Below, in pieces: positions 39,532-51,629 of a DNA stretch of 64,000 bases (the stretch's first letter is position 1; the number at the start of each line of letters is the position of its first letter). Where the stretch lies: contig CM102290.1 of the NCBI GenBank assembly GCA_046563655.1, positions 2,356,001 through 2,420,000 of the forward strand. The letters are read 5' to 3'. Origin of the DNA: Yuukianura sp. NJ FZ-2021 (Eukaryota). The notes under the pieces are model-generated. The model did not search any database and was not told where the DNA came from. It saw nothing but the letters and a program-made list of their open reading frames with translations. Made by a program: the position numbers and the translations under genes.

Positions 39532-42500
39532 CATGGGTGGGTGGAAGAACTGAATGGAGAAGTGGTGGTGGGGTATATGGTGGGTGGGAAGATTCAAAAT
39601 TCTTAAGTCGTGGGAACTTTTCTTCATCTTGTCTTTTTTGTCTCCTAATAATTTTCTGTCATCTTTGTCATATCATGCTCACCATCATCATCTTTTAAGA
39701 GACACACACAGAGAGACTTCTCTGGCCCAATCACCCACCAGATTCAAATTTTTTTTTATATCATCAGAACAACTAAAAAGAGTTGAATGGGCCTTTTTGT
39801 AACTTCCCAGATTCTTATTTCGTGTCCATGACAACCAGAGTACAAGTCGAAGTCATGAAAAGTGACAACTGTCCTCCAGAACTTTCCCCCCGCCCCCGTT
39901 TCTTTAAAGTCACTCATCATTTGAGACACTGGAAATCTCTGTTCATTCGTCCAATGAGTGATGATGAGTATGAGATTTTTGTTTTGATTTCTTGAGAAAG
40001 ACAAGAAGAAAAAGGCAAAGTAATTGGAACTAATTTTCTTTTAATCTTGAGATCAAGTCTTTTAAAAGTCTTTTATGTTATGCTGTTACAAGTAAATGGG
40101 AAAGAGTGGAGCCCTTAAAACGGTGACTTCAAATTCCCTCCTCCTTGGAGACTAAAGTCCTCTTTGCTGGTCCTGGGAACTTGTGCAATCTTTGGCCTTT
40201 TCTAACCGCCATATCTTTCTGTTGTATCGATTTCGGTTTATGCACTTTTGGCACAAGGGATAACCAAGGAGAAAGCTCTCGTCTGCCTCCTTTCACTGTC
40301 CCGTTTAAGGAAAGTGGGCTTCAAGATCTATGCGAAGATTTTTTGTTTAAAAAACGCGTAAAAGAAGCGAAATTTCGCTAAAGTGTAGATATATTTCGAT
40401 AAAAAATATTCTCGAGGAAAATTATATTAATCTACAACCAAATTTTGTATACAATTTTTTTTTGGAGAAAGCTGGAGAAAGTATCTTTGATTCAGTTTGT
40501 ACAGATTTTTTTAAAAATTTAATTGAAGTAGAAATTAAGAAAAAAACGGCAATTGGAAGCATCACAGCGGAAGAATTTGAAATGGGAATTGAGACGTTAT
40601 TGAGGGCGGGAGAGGGAAAGCGTGGGGTGGTTTTTGAATGAGGCTGACTGAGTATGGGAGTATTACTGTAAGTTTAGTGTTCGACTACTGTGCGTTTGTT
40701 TGTTAATTGAAATTGAATTTGCTCAACGAACCCGCCTTCATAATGAGCGTGTTGAGGTGTATGATCCTTAATCTACTGATGAGAATGATTCGAAGGTTCA
40801 TAATTTCCCGTACTTTCTTACGGAGGAACAAGATCTCATTTGTATTGAACTTGGTGATGACTTGGGCTCCTTTTGTCAATTGGCGGTGATGGGACTAGTT
40901 GGTTGGTGGTGATTTTAATCCGCTCAGCCTCATTTCAATGGAGATTCAATTACTAATTTATAGTCTATCGCACCTAATCGTCATCTCACGCTTCCTCACT
41001 ATCTTTTAGAGTCCAGCCGCCACTTCCGCTCCCTTCTTAACTCCAAACAACTTTCACACGGAGGCTTTGAGTCAATTCGGGGTGGGTTTTGGGGGAGGGG
41101 AGGGTGGGGTGCCCATTAATTGAGACTCATTCAAACTGTTTTTTTTTACTCTAAGTCTCAATACAATTCCTCATGAAGGCTAGGAATTATTATAGAAGTG
41201 ATGTCTTCATATAGTTACATGTAATAATCAATTCTCAGGCCTAGGAAATGTACAGAGTGAGCCAGACATTTTAAACTTTCACTTTGGCATAAAAATTTAA
41301 CCCACGATGATGAAAAAGTATCTCTAGCATGTAAGATGCTTGAAATAGGGTGTATATTTTTTTTTTGGTTGGATGTTAGGGTGAACATTACTTTTGAGCC
41401 ACTTTGTACAATTCCAAGTTGGAGACTGTGATTGCAAGGAGGTAATTATGGGAATATAGAAAAAAGGAAGGATGACAAATCTAAAATTTGTTCCTCATTA
41501 TAATTAAAATGAGGCTAGATTGTGTATGTGTCTGTCGTGAGTGGCTTGCTTGCTCATCTGAAGCTCCTTTTTTGAACAGCATTCTTCCGACCATGATGGT
41601 CGTGATGTCGTCTTTGGCTCAACTCACTCCTCCAAGGGCCCCCGTCCCTTAAATCATTTGCTTTTAAAACACTTCCAAAATTCTTAATTTTTGAATCTAA
41701 AAATAAGTTACAAAAACAAGAAAAAATTTTCACATTTCTACAATTCCTCGCCCAAATTGTAGCCCTAGGGTGAAAGTATTTGAAACAAAAAAGTACATAA
41801 TTTTGTGAGTTTCTTTTAAATAGGTTTGTCTCTCTTTTTTTTGAATTTTTTTTCATGGTTGGATTAGGATAGGTTTTTGCCCCGCCCGTGGAACAGGGTG
41901 CGGGAGGGTTATCGTGGGGTCTGGACTTTCTCTAAATCAAGCATAAGTTCCGGGCCTATTCAAAGAGAGCAGTGAATTAAGATGACCTGGATTCAGAGAA
42001 AGCGGGAGTTTGGGCCTGTTGAAGATGTTTCGTTTTTTCATGGAGTTGGAGCTATAACGAACGTCTTCGTCTTTATTCTTGGAGATAAATCGATGAAGAA
42101 GAGGCTGGAAGGAAGTGTTGGGTTTGGGTTGTGCGCGTAAGGAGGTTGAAAGTGGATCGTCTTGGGCGCAGGTTGGGGCAAGTCGATCAAGGAAGATTCA
42201 AGTCCATCGATTTCCTTGAGGACCAGCCCAGATTCACCCGTTCGGCCTCAACCGAACGGAGCCTTCAAGGCGCTCTTCATCCAAGGAACTTTCTTCGGAA
42301 AAAATCCAAGGAAGGAGCACAACATTGAGCAGCTTTCGATTGGGAGAAAGTTTTGACCGGGAATTGATTGGGCATGCGATTTTGACTCTTTTCCAATCAA
42401 ACTCTCCCGCCCTCTTTTATTGCAACGCCCCTTCTTACAAGAAAAAAATTATTAGCGCAAGGTGTTTCCGATTTCCGAAATTTTGAAAAACGTGCTAGGC

Positions 42501-43896
42501 AGTGTTATGACGCTGACTGTTCTTAGGGTAGGAAGAAATTCTGAGAGGAAAGCAATTTTTGTGCTACTTTCACTTTCACACAAAGAAAAATATTCCAGGA
42601 TGACCTTTTTCTTATTTTTGTAGGATTTTCGAGTTTTGAATTTGGCGGAATTTTTTAAATTTAGAGTGGGCGGGATTTTCGAATTTTGTATTTGTCGATA
42701 CTTTTTTTTTAATTTCTGATTTTCAAAAGTTGACCCTTGATCTTCATCAATGCGTCTTGATTAAGAATGATGAATATTGTACGGATTTGGATCTGTGAAG
42801 TGGGAAATGACTTTGAATTTGAATTGCTTTGGTTCCATTCCATTCTGTTTGGTATAAAAAGCATAAGAAATGACGGGAGTAACAAAGGAATAGGCTTTGA
42901 GTATTGGACCAAAAGCTAGAGGGTTCTAAATAATAGATTTCATTTTTTGGCTCCAAGGTTTGAATTTGAATTGAGCAATAGAAGCGAAGTTATTGGGTAC
43001 TTTGGAAGGAAGTGGAGGGCTTTTTTGAATTCATATCTCAATTGTAATTTGCCTGTCTTTTATGACCAAAGATTAAAATTCATTTTTTTAAGAAAATAAT
43101 TTTGAAAATGGAGCCGAACGCTGGTTTATGTCTTCTCATGTTCCCAACGGGTGTTGTGTAAGGCAGTCAACTTAAATTGAAAACTCAAAAAAAAAATGAC
43201 TATTCAACGCATTCACTTTTTTAAAACCCAAAATTTTCAAAATTTTGCACTTTTTGGATTCGAGATACGAGCATCCTAGCTTGTACTTTCTGGCAATGTT
43301 GTTTCTGGCGTGTTTTAAATTTTGTTAGAAACCGTGACTGAGGCCTCACGGAATTGATTTTTTCTAAATTGCTTGGCCCATGCTGGTTTTTTATTTTAAA
43401 AATTATTAATTTTCATAGTGAGGTTCAATGAAACACCAAAATTTTATTTTTGTTTTGTTTAAAATCAATATGGATAATCCTTAATCGGAAGTGGATCTTA
43501 ATCACTATTGAGAATGAAGACGAAGAGGTGCGGTGAAGTGTTTGCGTTTCAAAGTGCCTCTTAAGTCTTTTCTTGGAGTGGGTGTACATTTACTTTTTTT
43601 TGCATGAGTTTAGTTCAAGTTTTTAAGGCGTGACGGGGGTAGTTTTTTTTAAAAGACTTTTGGATTAGGTAGAGGGTTGATTTTGTTTTTTATTTTGGCA
43701 AAGGAACCAAAGACTCCTTTTGGTTTCACATCCTGAGCCTATAAATCAATGGGATTGAACAAGGCATTAGCATTGGACATTGGGTTGCTTCGAATCTCCT
43801 CTGGCCATCACAACACGGAACAATAGACACTTCCTGCACTGCAGGCTTCATGCATTTTCAATTACTTTCATTAAAAGTTCATCTTTTTAAAAAGCA

Positions 43897-44211
43897 TCTA
43901 ATATCTACTAATGAGAAGATGTAATTCCGGAATTGCATCGTTACCAATTTTTTGTTTATTTTCAAAATTTGTGAAACTCTTCAAACTTTTTTTCTCGCTT
44001 TCCCAATACCTTGCGTCTAGGTTTTTTTTTGATTGTGAAATGTTCTTAGCAACGTTACACTTAAGATACACTGTCGCTGCATTACTGCTGAAGTCAAGGG
44101 TGTTTGTAAGTACGCTCAAGTTGGAGATTAAAAGCTGCAAATGTTATTTCATTTGAAAAAAAATTTCCGGGTTCCGGGGCGAAGCCCCAGCAAGAATGCG
44201 AAGCATTCTGG
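43897..44211 (+). mobile_element. Non-autonomous Helitron-like element (~315 bp)
   Basis: 5' end A|TCTAATATCTACTAAT. Subterminal hairpins GGGGC-GAA-GCCCC (44176-44188) and AGAATGC-GAA-GCATTCT (44193-44209). 3' end CTGG|T fits CTRR. It sits between A and T with no target-site duplication. The 5' end could alternatively be the TC at 43904. Confidence 0.7.
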
Positions 44212-47200
44212 TATAAATATTTTGAAGAAAAAATCGTTTGATTTTTTAAATGTTATTTGGTTGAATTTTTGTAGTGGATTAAAATCGATGTAAAAGTTTA
44301 ATATACAATTTATGGTTTAAAAGTAGTTTTTGAGCGGCAAGTCTCTAATGCTCATCTTAAAACTTATTAATACGACTCCTCCGGTTTAAGAAATTTGTTA
44401 TCCAATTTTATTTTTTTGAAATTTTGGAAGATGAAGGTTGAAGAAGAGGTTTGACAGAAATCCAATTTAGGGAGAGTGACAGGCACTCGTCAAGTTTTTC
44501 CTAGAAGAGTTTCGTCCCACCTTTTGAAATTTTTGAAATTGAGTCAACGTCAATTCCTCTGGCCTACGGGCCTCCAAGATGCCCGCTTTTGGGCCTAAAT
44601 TCTTCTAACACAAGAGTCAAGGTTGACGGGTGGGACGGACACTGTTTCTGGAAGGAACGGATTTCCATCCAAGGAAAATTCAACCTTTCAATCAACTCCT
44701 GCTAGAGGTACAACATACGTTGGTTCCTCTCAGGCATCTTTTTCCATTTCCAAATTTTGAAAATTCAGTTTCAAAAGTTCCAAATTCAAAAAAGAGTCGG
44801 AATGGGAATTTGAAATTCCAAGGAAGGTTGTCGTCGAGGGACGAAAGAGAAAAGGGGGAAATGGAATATTTATGTCTAATGACAGAAAGTGTCTCCAAAT
44901 AGTTAGTACGTTTGGCCCCATAAGGATCCAAGGGAGAGAGTCCTATAGCATTCCCTAACCTTAACCAAGTTTCCGAGTTCTCATGGCGGGTCGTTTCAAA
45001 CTAACTCCCGGATTCTAGTTAGAAGAGGGAATAATTAAGACTAGAATTAATTACATTTAATTATACTATCATACACTTTTCTCCTTCCTTTTATCTTTCC
45101 TTGGACTTTTCAGTGAGAAGGGAGAGAGGAAGAGCCCGAGAACAAAAAACCGGGAAATTCAAAAACTTTTTATTTCAAACTCCTTTCTCTTCTGTGTCTC
45201 TGAAACTGTATCAGATTTCAGAGAAGCTGGAACTGCTGTGCTTGGGAAAGTATCACTTTCTCTTACTAAGACTTACACAAAAGTTGAAAAGTAAAAAGTC
45301 ATTTCGCAGCCGAAATGAAAATAGGATTCGGAATTGAACTTTTTTTTAGTTCCGTTTGAACGACCCCCCCCCCTCTTCTTTTTCCAGTTGAAGGGGCGGG
45401 GAAGCTTGACAAAGAATTCTTTGACCCCGTTTTTTTTTCTCCAAAATTTAATTAAAACAATTTGGAACCTTCTAGTTCTTCTTTTCAAAGAGCAATATTC
45501 AATTTAAAAAAAAAATCAGGTTGAGAAGTAATGCTTCAGAAAAAGGTTCCAGCTTTTTGTACTTGGAGTTGCAAAATTTGAAGTTTCTTTTGGTACGGTT
45601 AGATTTTCGAGGGAGCCGCTGTGAGTATGGATTGCATACTGTTGAATGGAATGAATATTTATTTCGTTTTGAAATATTTTCTATTTAGGGAAATACTTTA
45701 GGTTATGCTTTTGAATTTGGCGGGAAATGAGGAACGGTGGGACGTTATGGGGAGGGAAGGAGAGGAGCCTCGGAGAGATTTCCTCTGTGAATAATGTATC
45801 ATTTCATTAGGAGCCTTGGCCCTTTCCAATTTTTCTTTCCTTTCTCCGTTTGTTTTTCAAAAGCAAAAGTGTAGAACCATTCTCTACACTTTGTGCAGCA
45901 ACATATCTTTTCCTATTTATAAAATTATGCCTTTGTGCTATAGTAGTGCATGCCTTGTCTTGAAACCGTCTGCCGTTGGCTCTGCCTAACTTTTCAAAAT
46001 ATTCCCAATCGTCCCCAAGCCCTCCGAACTAGGCAGAAAGGCGGGAGATCCAAGTTGAATTTGACTTTCTCCGGACGAACTTTCTCTGCGTCTTGTGCGG
46101 GATGAGGCGCGGAGGAGAAGAAGACCTTTTCCCCATCCCAGAGCATGACAGACATATTTTCATTAAGAATTTATGACTTTATGTCATTTCACTTTTATAA
46201 ACCTCCTGTCATTTACTTGATTGTATTTTTTCTCTCTTACTTTTTTTGAAAAGAAAAAAACTAACAAATCAGTTTTTTTTTAGAAATGCTAGCGAGTTTT
46301 TTCAATCTTGAAACCCCCGTACTCCTCCGTTTCAACCTTTAACAAAAACACCCTGGAACCAATTCCCAGGATTGTAATATTTTCAATCGAATCATAAAGT
46401 AACATTTTGGAAAAAGAAAGAAGAGAGAGAGTGGGGTGTTCATGGTTTTCAATGGGTATCAATTTTGGAAACACTAAACAAATTATTAGCTTCATGGAGT
46501 GCCTCCTAACTTTTGACATTTACAGACCATTATGACCATTTGGGGAGAGCATGTCAGCGTGTCAGCTACAGAAATCACGACGTTTGGTCATTTTTTATGT
46601 AAAGATTCAAGAAAAACAAATTTCAAATTCAAAGGAAAAAAAAATCAAACAAAAAAAAAGTTTTTTTTGTGTGGCTAATTTGCAGTGTCACGTAAAATTT
46701 TTTTAAATAGAAGTTGAGGGTTCAGATGAGTTTGATATTTTCAAAATTTAAAAAATTAGCATTTGTTTTTTTTAACAATCTCAGGAGAATGTTTTCGGTT
46801 TTGATATGGAATACGCAGAGTGGTTCGAATTTTTTGGCATTAGGAAGTCGTGTACAAAGCACGTCAACACCTTGATGAGTGATTTTTTTTGTAATGTCAA
46901 TTTGTTGTTATTTTGCTTTGTTGCGTGGCAGACTAATTGAAATTCAAAGTATTGTTCCACTACCAAAAAAATTGAAGACATTTAACACTACTTTCTGAAA
47001 ATTATGATTTTAAAAAAACTTCAAGTTTTTTTAATGGGAATTTCCCTAAAGCGGAACACAGTTTTGTGAACGAAAGGAGTCATAAGAAAAAATTGTGAAG
47101 TTGGTACTAAACATAATCTTTTCTGGTGGAATTAATTACTGTAAGTTTAGGAAAACCAAGATTTTTTTTTGGGTATTTTGTTGAAAGGTGCTAAATGCCT

Positions 47201-48065
47201 CCGTGGCTCCCTTGATTCTTTTCCCTCCACCGCACCACGACTTCTCACCTTTTTTCTTACTTTTGAGTGTAAAATGTTCAAAACCTGTAAAAATCCTACC
47301 GTAGTCATTACTACTTTTTTAATGGTTCCAAATTCTCTTTATGTGCTTCCGCCATTATGGAGACAAATAGAAGAATTGTAATGATTTTTGAATACGACTG
47401 CCGCCTCTGCATTCAAAGTGGGCCTTAATAGGAACAAAGTCAAAAGCTTGTAAAGAGTAACCTTAGCCGAGGAGGGAAATTATGAATTTGAAATAATTGA
47501 GAACCTCTAGAACAACCTGCTGCTCCAACTACTTTTTCCACTCATAAATTTTTAAGAATCTCTTCAAACATTCATTTCAAATCCACACACATACATACGC
47601 TCACTAACATTGAGGAACATAACGTTTTGAGCTGTACCCCTCCGGGGGTGGACACACAGAACTCAAATAAAATGGAATCACTGTCGACTGACTCCCAATG
47701 ACTCAAAAGTGAGGTCATGCAGTTAACGACTGCCACTACTCATATTTCTCTAGTACTTTTTTAACCTAAACAGTTTTGTAAAATTTAACAATTTACATTC
47801 CCACCCACCCTCCGCCACTAAACTCAAAATAGCGTCATTTGTGAATTACCCTTTTAATTACAAACTGCAATTAAAGGCCTATTTATTTCTTAGTTAAAAA
47901 AATTTAAATTTTACTAAAAATATTCATGGGCGTGATTCGCATTTTCAAAATTTTTAACACATAATCCCCCACCCCTCGCATTTGACTGCGTAATTCGTGA
48001 ATAGCTTATAGTTGACAAATTCGGTGTTTTTTTTTACTCAATGTTGCTCTTTTTCCATGTTTTGT

Positions 48066-48292
48066 CCAAGGTTTCTTGACAACGGTAATTGTAATTCCTA
48101 CAACAGGTTGTCCAATAACTCAAGGTTTCCAAAATTTTTACTTTAAATACATTTCTGCACCAATCCCATTTACAATAGATGTAAAAAATTACCATAGAAA
48201 GGCAGATTTGATATTTTCAAACAAATTTTGAAACTTCCAGTTATTGGCCAACCTGGTGTAGAAAAAGTTTTTTTTTTGTTTACGAACCTTGG
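48066..48292. mobile_element. Inverted-repeat family, copy C
   Basis: Outer CCAAGGTT (48066) / AACCTTGG (48285-48292). Arms CTACAACAGGTTGTCCAATAACT (48098-48120) and AGTTATTGGCCAACCTGGTGTAG (48239-48261) are 21/23 complementary. Confidence 0.75.
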
Positions 48293-48990
48293 TTTTCTCT
48301 CTTCATTAGCCAATGATTTTAGTCCCAACTTTTTGAACGTTGATTTTTTTTTATTTAACCTAACTTTTCCAAAATTGTTTTGAAATTGGAAGTTGGAATA
48401 TTTTTTGAAGTTTAGAATGGTCTAAAGTCATAGGTTGAACTTGAAGTTAATATAAGTTTGTAGGATTGTTTGTCCCTGGAGCTGCCTGTGAGCTTAGTGA
48501 GTGTTCTTGACAAGTGGAAAGTGGGTTTGTCCGAAGTGCGACATTACACGCACATCCGATCGCCCTCTGATCCTCTGCTAAATGGTTGTCCATTGTTCTC
48601 GTCCATGCTCTCATTAGAGTAAGCACAGGTCCAAGTCCTAAGAACACAACTTTAGATGATCCTCATTTAATCACAGGGAGATGAGGAACAGAGGGGGCTC
48701 AAGCTTTGTTTTGGTCCTTCGAAGGCTAAGATCCATTCTGGTACTAAAACATATAGTGGTGGTGGCTCTACTGACTGATTTGGATCGCGTGTCCATTCTG
48801 TCCAACGATCCGCAGCGTCTTGTTCCCAGTGCAGAGAAATAACAATGACATACCGTGGAAAAAGTTTTTGAGATGAAACCAAAGTCAGCAGGCCGAAACA
48901 AATGACATATCCTCCAAGGAGAGCTAATTACTTAAAACAATCAAATCAAATTCAAGGGAAATAAGAGCTACTGCAGTTAAGTTCAAAAGT

Positions 48991-49006
48991 CCAAGGTCAA
49001 TGACCC
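48991..49006. promoter_or_regulatory. IR1 element AGGTCA-A-TGACCC with overlapping CCAAGGTCA
   Basis: Fits RGKTCA-N-TGAMCY and lies within a dense motif cluster. Confidence 0.5.
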
Positions 49007-49335
49007 CCGGAATGTGCGGAGATGGATATTTGTCAGAAAGTTGAGGCGTCGATTTGACCTTTGCACTATCCATAGTAACCTTTGACATTTTGAATTTGGC
49101 GGAAAAAAACGTGACGTCAGCGGTGCAACCTTCCCGGACAGGCTCAGAGTTTTTTTTTTAAACCGCGGCGGTGGCTTGTCCCCGAAAGTCCGTCTTTATA
49201 GCAAGTGAAAGTGACAAGGAGAAAGTGGCATGTGATGACAGCGGATCCATTTAGAGGGGACAGGGACGGAAGGAATTTGGGCAAAGTTAGGCTATACTTC
49301 GAAACTATACGTTTGTGGTGATTTGTGAGGCTCAG

Positions 49336-49348
49336 AGGTCAAAGGTCA
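49336..49348 (+). promoter_or_regulatory. Perfect nuclear-receptor DR1
   Basis: AGGTCAAAGGTCA. Confidence 0.45.
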
Positions 49349-50505
49349 ACAGTTGCTCATCATAACCAATCCGGAATGAGATTAGGGAATGGAAGGAATG
49401 TCTTTGTTTCTGCTAAAGTTCTTTTGTTATTGAGGAAGGTGACTAGCGGAAGTTGTTGGGATAAAGGGAGCTTCGTAAAGTCCTTACTAAAGATGAAATT
49501 AGTCAAGGTATTAAAGCACTTTGGAATTAATTTAGAGCTCAAGCACCAAAACGGAGATTAAACGAAGGCAACTCCCATGTGCCACCTTCACTTAATCCTT
49601 TCTCCCACTTCCACATTCAAATGATCAGAGGTGAGCAAAGGCGACAGTCAACTAAAACTCCAGAAGCATAGGGATTTTGGTTGGTTTTGATTATAATCAC
49701 TCCTTGAGCTAAAGTGCTTTTTGATTTTAATCACTGACGTGCCCAAGTAACTTAAAGTACAATATGATTTGCTAGTTTGATGAGCTAAACGTAATTTCAA
49801 TTATTGGAAGTGTCTGAAATATTTTTCAGCTGGATATTACTAAATGCATTTAAAAAAAAATATTTAAATATTAAAAAAAAATAAACTTTTTTTGAAAAAA
49901 AAAAGTTTATTTTTGGGCGGATTGAAGCTGTAATGTCGCGTAATTTTAAAACGTTTGGTTTGAAGCTTGGAACATTTTAATTAATATTCGATTAATATTG
50001 GCTTAATTGAAATGATTTTTGATCTCTATGTACAACCTTTGATATTTTCTCGTGTTTTCCCCATAATCGGATAACAGAAAAGTCCAAGTCCAGTTGGTTT
50101 TGTAAGAAGGTGAGTTAATTAGGATTTATTCAACTTTTAGAGTGTCCGTTTCTGCTGGGAATCAAACGGTCAAAGGCCCATCTCTGTCAGTTGGATTTGA
50201 AAAATTACTTTGGATCAGGATTAATTAGTCTCCCATAAATTACTCAACACTCATTGTCATCCAAATCATAACTTTTATACCCTTACATATCCAAGCCCAG
50301 CAGTTTTTTGAAACTTTTTTGTTGTTGCATAGTTACTTCCCCTCAAAGTGTCCTTTCTTCTCTCCGCTTTTTGCAAGGAAATGCAAAAAATGTCATTTCG
50401 CACAGGCAAATCGCAAAAAAAGCCTATTGCTCTCTTTTGGGTTCAGTGGACCCGAATGCTGATGATGATCATCATGATGGAATGGCTACTCGCTCACGTT
50501 CATGT

Positions 50506-50576
50506 GCAAAATTTTGCAAACAAAAAATGTTAGGCAAAATTTTGCAAAAAAAAGAAAATGTTAGGCAAAATTTTGC
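50506..50576. repeat. Short tandem duplication with three copies of the palindrome GCAAAATTTTGC
   Basis: AAAATGTTAGGCAAAATTTTGC at 50524-50545 and 50555-50576. The palindrome also occurs at 50506-50517. Confidence 0.85.
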
Positions 50577-51347
50577 TGTAGAGTGTTATTTTTCTGATTT
50601 TTCAAATTCGCGACACATTTGTCAGAATTCTCAGATTTTTGATATTTTTGGGTTTTTATAATAAGTTTTATGAATTTTATAGACTTTTTTCGAAACTTGA
50701 AACTTTTTCAAAATTTGGAAAACCTATGTACTTTTTTACTGTATTTATTTTTGACCAGAGCATGCGCAGAGCGCCTCCCTGTACCTATGTATACCTCACC
50801 TCATCCCTCTTCTTAATTCTCGCGTGTGAATTCTCCATTTTAAAAAATAATGTTTTGCATGCCCTATTACTCTTCTCCGTGGCGGCAGCGGAAATTGGAT
50901 GATGAGGTTTTTTTTTCCTGGGAAATTTGAATCTTCCCTCAAATCCCTTAAATCTAATAATCTCTGATTACGCATGGTGGAAATATAGAAGTTTGGAATT
51001 TATGGGGGAATAAGCTCAAAACGAAATCAAAATGGAGGGAAGCTTTTTAAAAAAAAAAAAAATTTTTTTTACACAATTTTGATTTCTCTAAAAGTATTGT
51101 TTTTTTGACAATGAATTTACCATGCCCTTTAATTTGAGCAAGCATGGGAACTAAATCGGAATAGACAATGGACTGAGAACGTACGTATTTATGGGAAACT
51201 TGTAAATTGGAAATTATAATTTTTTTGATTTTGCAAAAACACAGCGTGGGATTATGTTTTCTAAGTTATTGCAAAAATTGGAGGGAAAAAAATTGCAAGT
51301 TCAAAACTTGAGAGATGATGGGCAAATATTGCTTTCTTCGTGGAACA

Positions 51348-51629
51348 CTATTGGTCCGGACAATATTGGTTTGAGAATTCGGCTTCATCTGTTCTGGTGG
51401 GACTTTGGGAATCGTGGGGCGTTTCGGTGGAGCCGAAATTCGGTGGGAACTGGTTCTGCTGTAGAAGTCGTATCCTTGGGACGGTTATGTTAGGTATGTG
51501 TTCCATCGGCATATGGGCCATCGTCCTGGGCCAATATTCTTTGGATGGAACTCTCCAAACGGATCCCGCTTCTGCGATGAGTCGATTGCAATAGTAAAGG
51601 GTTGCATTTGGACTATCCGTATTCTGCAT
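51348..51629 (-). CDS. Possible orphan protein, 93 aa (MQNTDSPNATLYYCNRLIAEAGSVWRVPSKEYWPRT...YCPDQ)
   Basis: ATG-initiated 3' part of a 219-codon open frame, the longest in the first 60 kb. The region largely lacks homopolymer tracts. No recognisable domain. Confidence 0.3.
   Translation of the reverse strand: MQNTDSPNATLYYCNRLIAEAGSVWRVPSKEYWPRTMAHMPMEHIPNITVPRIRLLQQNQFPPNFGSTETPHDSQSPTRTDEAEFSNQYCPDQ

Noticed and set aside
50447..50497. Frame-preserving 51-nt candidate exon (VDPNADDDHHDGMATRS)
   Set aside because: The donor GTTCAT is weak, and it is embedded in repeat-like sequence.
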